From Eledone cirrhosa (Eukaryota), in NCBI GenBank assembly GCA_964016885.1, contig OZ024740.1, forward strand, positions 207,638,001 to 207,702,000: a stretch of 64,000 nt of DNA, given 5' to 3'. A model generated the notes under the pieces. It was not told where the DNA came from and did no database searches. It saw nothing but the letters and a program-made list of their open reading frames with translations. Shown one piece after another: positions 53,986-64,000 of this stretch (its first letter is position 1; each line of letters starts with the position of its first letter). Made by a program: the position numbers and the translations under genes.

Positions 53986-54273
53986 AATATTCCAATCATA
54001 TCTTATTTTGTTTGACCCGCTTAGCTTGCTCGCTTTTTTGGCTTAGATGGTTAATGGCTTCTTAACCATTGTCTCAGTTTTGTATGGCCTTTTTAACTAA
54101 TGTTTATTGCTCTGGTATCTTCGTATCCATTGTGCGCTTGCTAACACAAATCGGAAGTTGCGTTTCGCTAATTACTACTCGCTGAAATGCGATTCTCGCT
54201 AAATTTATATTTGTATATATATATATATACAATGATATTAAATAAATGGAAACTATATTTATAAAACCGAATT

Positions 54274-54337
54274 TATTTTATTATATATATTTCAAGGGTA
54301 CCAAGAGAACATTGGTACGCTTTCATCAGATAAAATA
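54274..54337 (-). ncRNA. Type I hammerhead ribozyme
   Basis: TATTTTAT-CTGATGA-AAG-C-GTACCAA...TTGGTAC-C-CTT-GAAA-TATATA-TA-ATAAAATA. Confidence 0.82.
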
Positions 54338-54493
54338 CAAAGTTTGTTTTATAAATAGAGACGTACCCATGAAAATCATACCTTATCGGTTGAAAATTTA
54401 CTGGATAGTCACCCCAGTAACTTGTTGAGTGCTCTAAATCAGTTATAAACATTTATATTTGTCGGACTTCCAAGAAATTAAATACCTCTTCTA

Positions 54494-54560
<67 letters not shown>

Positions 54561-54563
<3 letters not shown>

Positions 54564-55090
54564 CTGAGTTTTTCGAATATTAATAACATTCGATTCGTTT
54601 GCAATTATGCAAACAAGCATCATTTCTAACGCCATGTCAGTAGAATGAGCCCTTCATTCTTGCTGTTATGTTGGCATGTAAACAGAACTGCAAACACTAA
54701 TGTTTCTGGGTATCACCCTTCATCAGTACAGCTCACTGTTCACCTACCAACTGTCAGAGCTAGTGAAAATATATGCTATTTTCGAAATTTTTTAAATTTT
54801 AATATGGCAAAGCCAGCCATTTATCGCTCGTATACAGGAAACTGTATATTTTCGAAAATAGCATATATTTTGCATAATAGCAAACGAATCGAATGTTTTG
54901 GCAGTATCGGTAGAGGGTCGGACGCCATGCTTTGACGCATAGAGTTACGGCCCTTGCCAAATCCCGCCGGGGTTAACTATGCCTTTCATCCTTACGGGCT
55001 CGATAAAATAAAGTACCAGTAATACACTGGATAATGCTGGCCTTGTGCCAAAAGTAGAAACAATTATTAATATTCGAAAAACTCCGATTA
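54561..55090. mobile_element. MITE with ~45-bp TIRs; SINE (54900-55068) inserted in the right TIR
   Basis: AATCTGAGTTTTTCGAATATTAATAACATTCGATTCGTTTGC versus its split reverse complement. Related copy at ~41305-41540 (minus). Confidence 0.75.
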
Positions 55091-55143
55091 CATTTATTGT
55101 ATTCAGCCATGTAGAGGGAAACATTTTTTTATTCATATATATA

Positions 55144-57810
<2,667 letters not shown>

Positions 57811-58464
57811 CTCTGACCAGCGATGTTGCAGATGTGCAACGAAAGATTTATGATAAACTATATATGTGTTTGTGTCTATATTGTATCTGTATTATTTTTG
57901 ACCGCTGGTCAGTCAATGGCAACATTGAGGACCGAATAAATTAGATTACCGATATAAAAGACACAGAAGCGAAAAGCGAAAACCAACCAAACAGTGAGTG
58001 TGTTCTGTTATTAATTCTGGCAATATTACACAAATATGACCCTCCCCAAGTATAACAATATTTGTTTCGACACACGATTTCATATAAAAAACCTCGCAAA
58101 ACTAATTCATCGCCGTTATATATATATATATATATAACGAAGGTAATGTGGTAAGGAACCAGGTGGACCATAACGTTAGAATTAGCCGTCGAAACGGCTT
58201 GAGCTCAGCCGTCGGGGTCCTACTCGTTTCTATATATATATATATACATATATATATACATATATATAAATTCCAGACTGCTATGAATGTATTTTCACCC
58301 AGCTTGGGTGGTTATATTGTACTTTCATAGACATTTGTACTAACAAATATACTTTATTCTGAAGAGCATACATTATTATTAATTAATAAGGGTGAAACAT
58401 CATGTTAGAATTATATAAATATTTTGTTATAACGACTTGCGAACCTACACTTATTCATTTGCTT

Positions 58465-58614
<150 letters not shown>

Positions 58615-58699
58615 GTTCTTTTGCAATTCTCGATAAACATTTCCCACCTAACCACAAATACCATCAAATCTTAAACAGATATACAGTAAAATTTTCTTA

Positions 58700-60953
<2,254 letters not shown>

Positions 60954-61104
60954 CATATCATATATATAATACATGCTGATAGACATACAATATGTAAATA
61001 ACGGAACTTCAGTGAAAGTCAATATATATATTTATACAGAGGAAATCTTGTAGAAATGTCACAACCGCTGAGAGTGGGGTGAAAAAAATGTATTTCTCTT
61101 CTCA

Positions 61105-61556
61105 GAACAACTACACCAACAACAACAACAACAGCATAAGAAAGAGTAGCAAAATCAACATAGCAGCACCAGCAACAACAATAGCAACAACAATATACCA
61201 AGCAACAACAAGAACACAATGAGCAACAATAGCAACAACAACAATATACCAAGCAGCAACAAGCACTCAATGCGCAACCATATACAAGACAACAACAACA
61301 GCAACAACAATAGCTGCTACTATTAACAGTGTTTGTGTTAGAATTGCTTACAACACTAATACACAAAGCAGACCCCACATTTTATAAAATTTTATTTCTT
61401 CTTTGTGTTACATTATTTTTATTGTTGTTCTTGTTTCTATTGTTGTTGTTGTTGCAGTTGTTTCTATTGTTTTTGTGCTTTTTTAAAAATTGTTTTATTG
61501 ATTTTTTTAGTTTGTGTTATTTTTTTTTTGATTTTGTTATTGTTGTTGTTGTTGTT
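61105..61556. repeat. Degenerate (CAA)n then (TTG)n low-complexity tracts
   Basis: Directly visible. Confidence 0.7.
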
Positions 61557-61677
61557 CCAATATCCCATAGAAAGGGCGTTGGCGAATATAGCAGTGGAGC
61601 ATGATGTTGTAGCAGGAAGTTTATGACTTGGCGAGAGAGAGAGAGATAGTGATAGATAGAGAGATAGAGAGGGAGAG

Positions 61678-61749
<72 letters not shown>

Positions 61750-61835
61750 AAGGAAAAGAGAGGAGGAAACAGAAAGAAAGAGAGAATGATGACGAGATAG
61801 AGAAAAGTAGAGAGAGAACAGAATGAGAGAGAGAT

Positions 61836-61906
<71 letters not shown>

Positions 61907-61964
61907 AGCCAAAGATATGATATGAGGAAAAGTGAGACTGAAATAAAATGCCCGTGTTCGTGAA

Positions 61965-63502
61965 AGAGAGAGTTAGAGTAAGAGAGAGAGTTAGTGAAAG
62001 AGATAGTTAGAGAAAGAAAGACTTAGTGAAAGAGTGAGTTAGTGAAAGAGATAGTTAGAGAAAGAGAGAGTTAGAGAAAGAAAGAGTTAGTGAAAAAGAG
62101 AGTTAGTGAAAGAGAGAGTTAGTGAAAGAGAGAGAGTTAGTGAAAGAGATAGTTAGTGAAAGAGAGAGAGTTAGTGAAAGAGATAGTTAGAGAAAGAAAG
62201 AGTTAGTGAAAGAGAGAGTTAGTGAAAGAGATAGTTAGAGAAAGAGAGAGTTAGAGAAAGAGAGAGTTAGTGAAAGAGATAGTTAGAGAAAGAGAGAGTT
62301 AGAGAAAGAGAGAGAGTTAGTGAAAGAGGTAGTTAGAGAAAGAGAGAGAGAGTTAGTGAAAGAGTGAGCTAGTGAAAGAGTGAGTTAGTGAAAGAGAGAG
62401 AGTTAGTGAAAGAGATAGTTAGAGAAAGAGAGAGAGAGTTAGTGAAAGAGTGAGCTAGTGAAAGAGTGAGTTAGTGAAAGAGAGTGAGTTAGTGAAAGAG
62501 AGAGAGTTAGTGAAAGAGAGAGAGTTAGTGAAAGAGAGAGTTAGTGAAAGAGAGAGTTAGTGAAAGAGATAGTTAGTGAAAGAGAGTTAGTGAAAGAGAG
62601 AGTTAGTGAAAGAGATAGTTAGTGAAAGAGAGAGCGTTAGTGAAAGAAAGAGTTAGTGAAAGAGAGAGTTAGTGAAAGAGTGAGTTAGAGAAAGAGAGAG
62701 TTAGTGAAAGAGAGAGAGTTAGTGAAAGAGGTAGTTAGAGAAAGAGAGAGAGAGTTAGTGAAAGAGTGAGCTAGTGAAAGAGTGAGTTAGTGAAAGAGAG
62801 AGAGTTAGTGAAAGAGAGAGTTAGTGAAAGAGATAGTTAGAGAAAGAGAGAGAGAGAGTTAGTGAAAGAGATACTTAGTGAAAGAGAGAGAGTTAGTGAA
62901 AGAAAGAGTTAGTGAAAGAGAGAGAGTTAGTGAAAGAGATAGTTAGAGAAAGAGAGAGAGAGTTAGTGAAAGAGAGAGTTAGTGAAAGAGAGAGAGTTAG
63001 TGAAAGAGATAGTTAGAGAAAGAGAGAGCGTTAGTGAAAAAGAGAGAGTTAGTGAAAGAGAGAGTTAGTGATAGAGGGAGAGTTAGTGAAAGAGAGATTT
63101 AGTGAAAGAGAGAGAGTTAGTGAAAGAGAGAGTTAGTGAAAGAGATAGTTAGTGAAAGAGAGAGTGTTAGTGAAAGAGAGAGTTAGTGAAAGAGATAGTT
63201 AGTGAAAGAGAGAGAGTTAGTGAAAGAGATAGTTAGTGAAAGAGAGAGTTAGTGAAAGAGATAGTTAGAGAAAGAGAGAGAGAGAGTTAGTGAAAGAGAG
63301 AGTTAGTGAAAGAGAGAGAGTTAGTGAAAGAGATAGTTAGTGAAAGAGATAGTTAGTGAAAGAGAGAGTGTTAGTGAAAGAGAGAGTTAGTGAAAGAGAG
63401 AATTAGTGAAAGAGATAGTTAGAGAAAGAGAGAGAGAGTTAGTGAAAGAGAGAGTTAGTGAAAGAGAGAGAGTTAGTGAAAGAGAGAGTTAGTGAAAGAG
63501 AT
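61965..63502. repeat. ~1.5-kb minisatellite of 14-20-bp units GTTAGTGAAAGAGA(GA)n
   Basis: About 100 variant units directly visible. Confidence 0.95.
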
Positions 63503-63519
63503 ATGTTTCTTTTATTTGC

Positions 63520-64000
63520 CACTAGGGCATCAAAAGTGGGACAAGTACAAAGGGGGGAGTTTACACAAAAAGGCGTCCTCAATAAGGAGGAGGCAATAAC
63601 AAAATATAAAAATAAAATAAGATATAACAAAAAATAAAATTTTTAACAAAATCCTCAATAGAGAGGAGGCGCCTTGGGGGGTCGCACACCCCCCCGAAAA
63701 AAGTGTGCAACCCTTCTCCTCAGGAGCACAGAGAAGGGGTGCTCCCTTGGTCTTTCATCTTCCTCACCTATAGTCTGATGTAGAGTGAAGGCCCATTCAC
63801 ACGGGCCATTCTCGCCACTTTCACCCATCTTTCATAGAAACGGCTGGGGTGCAGCACCTCTCTCTCCATCCTGATCCTTCTTCCGAAATGATATCGGAAG
63901 AAACGGACCAGTTGTTGGCCAGAGAGAAAGGTGCCTGACCTCAGTCCTTTCAGACGCGTCCACCATACAACCTCTTTCGCCATGGCTATTACGCACAGAA
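63520..64000 (-). mobile_element. Probable Tx1/L1-clade LINE 3' end
   Basis: AKEVVWWTR...F.ERW resembles L1/Tx1 ORF2 C-termini; followed by a 3' UTR ending in AATAAAAGAAA. Confidence 0.45.

Noticed and set aside
58352-58412. CTGAAGA...GAAACATCATGTT HHR-like motif
   Set aside because: Stems I and II pair poorly.
61965-63502. Telomeric array
   Set aside because: No tandem TTAGGG; the unit is 14-20 bp and interstitial.

Overview
AT-rich, microsatellite-saturated eukaryotic DNA. The SINE and LINE repertoire looks cephalopod (Octopus-like), which is an inference. The only host genes are two head-to-head paralogs of a 3-exon secreted protein built of 9 or 8 pacifastin/VWC-like 6-Cys repeats (minus 3451-7098; plus 27945-32146). 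The rest is transposon-derived: a near full-length RTE LINE with a 20-bp TSD, CR1-, CRE- and Tx1-like fragments, at least seven decayed Penelope-like elements (PLEs), an internally deleted LTR element, SINEs, MITEs and Helitron-like elements. Reading the non-coding DNA by hand shows more than 20 type I hammerhead ribozyme (HHR) motifs on both strands. They sit in PLE termini and in small non-coding, retrozyme-like tandem units of 473, 555 and 1007 nt. Three distinct families use the uncommon U3-A8 core (UUGANAA). One of these has a ~27-bp G-U-rich stem III, a possible pseudoknot and clear covariation between diverged copies. Fold-back inverted repeats recur at these elements. All structures were paired by eye; no folding or database search was run.
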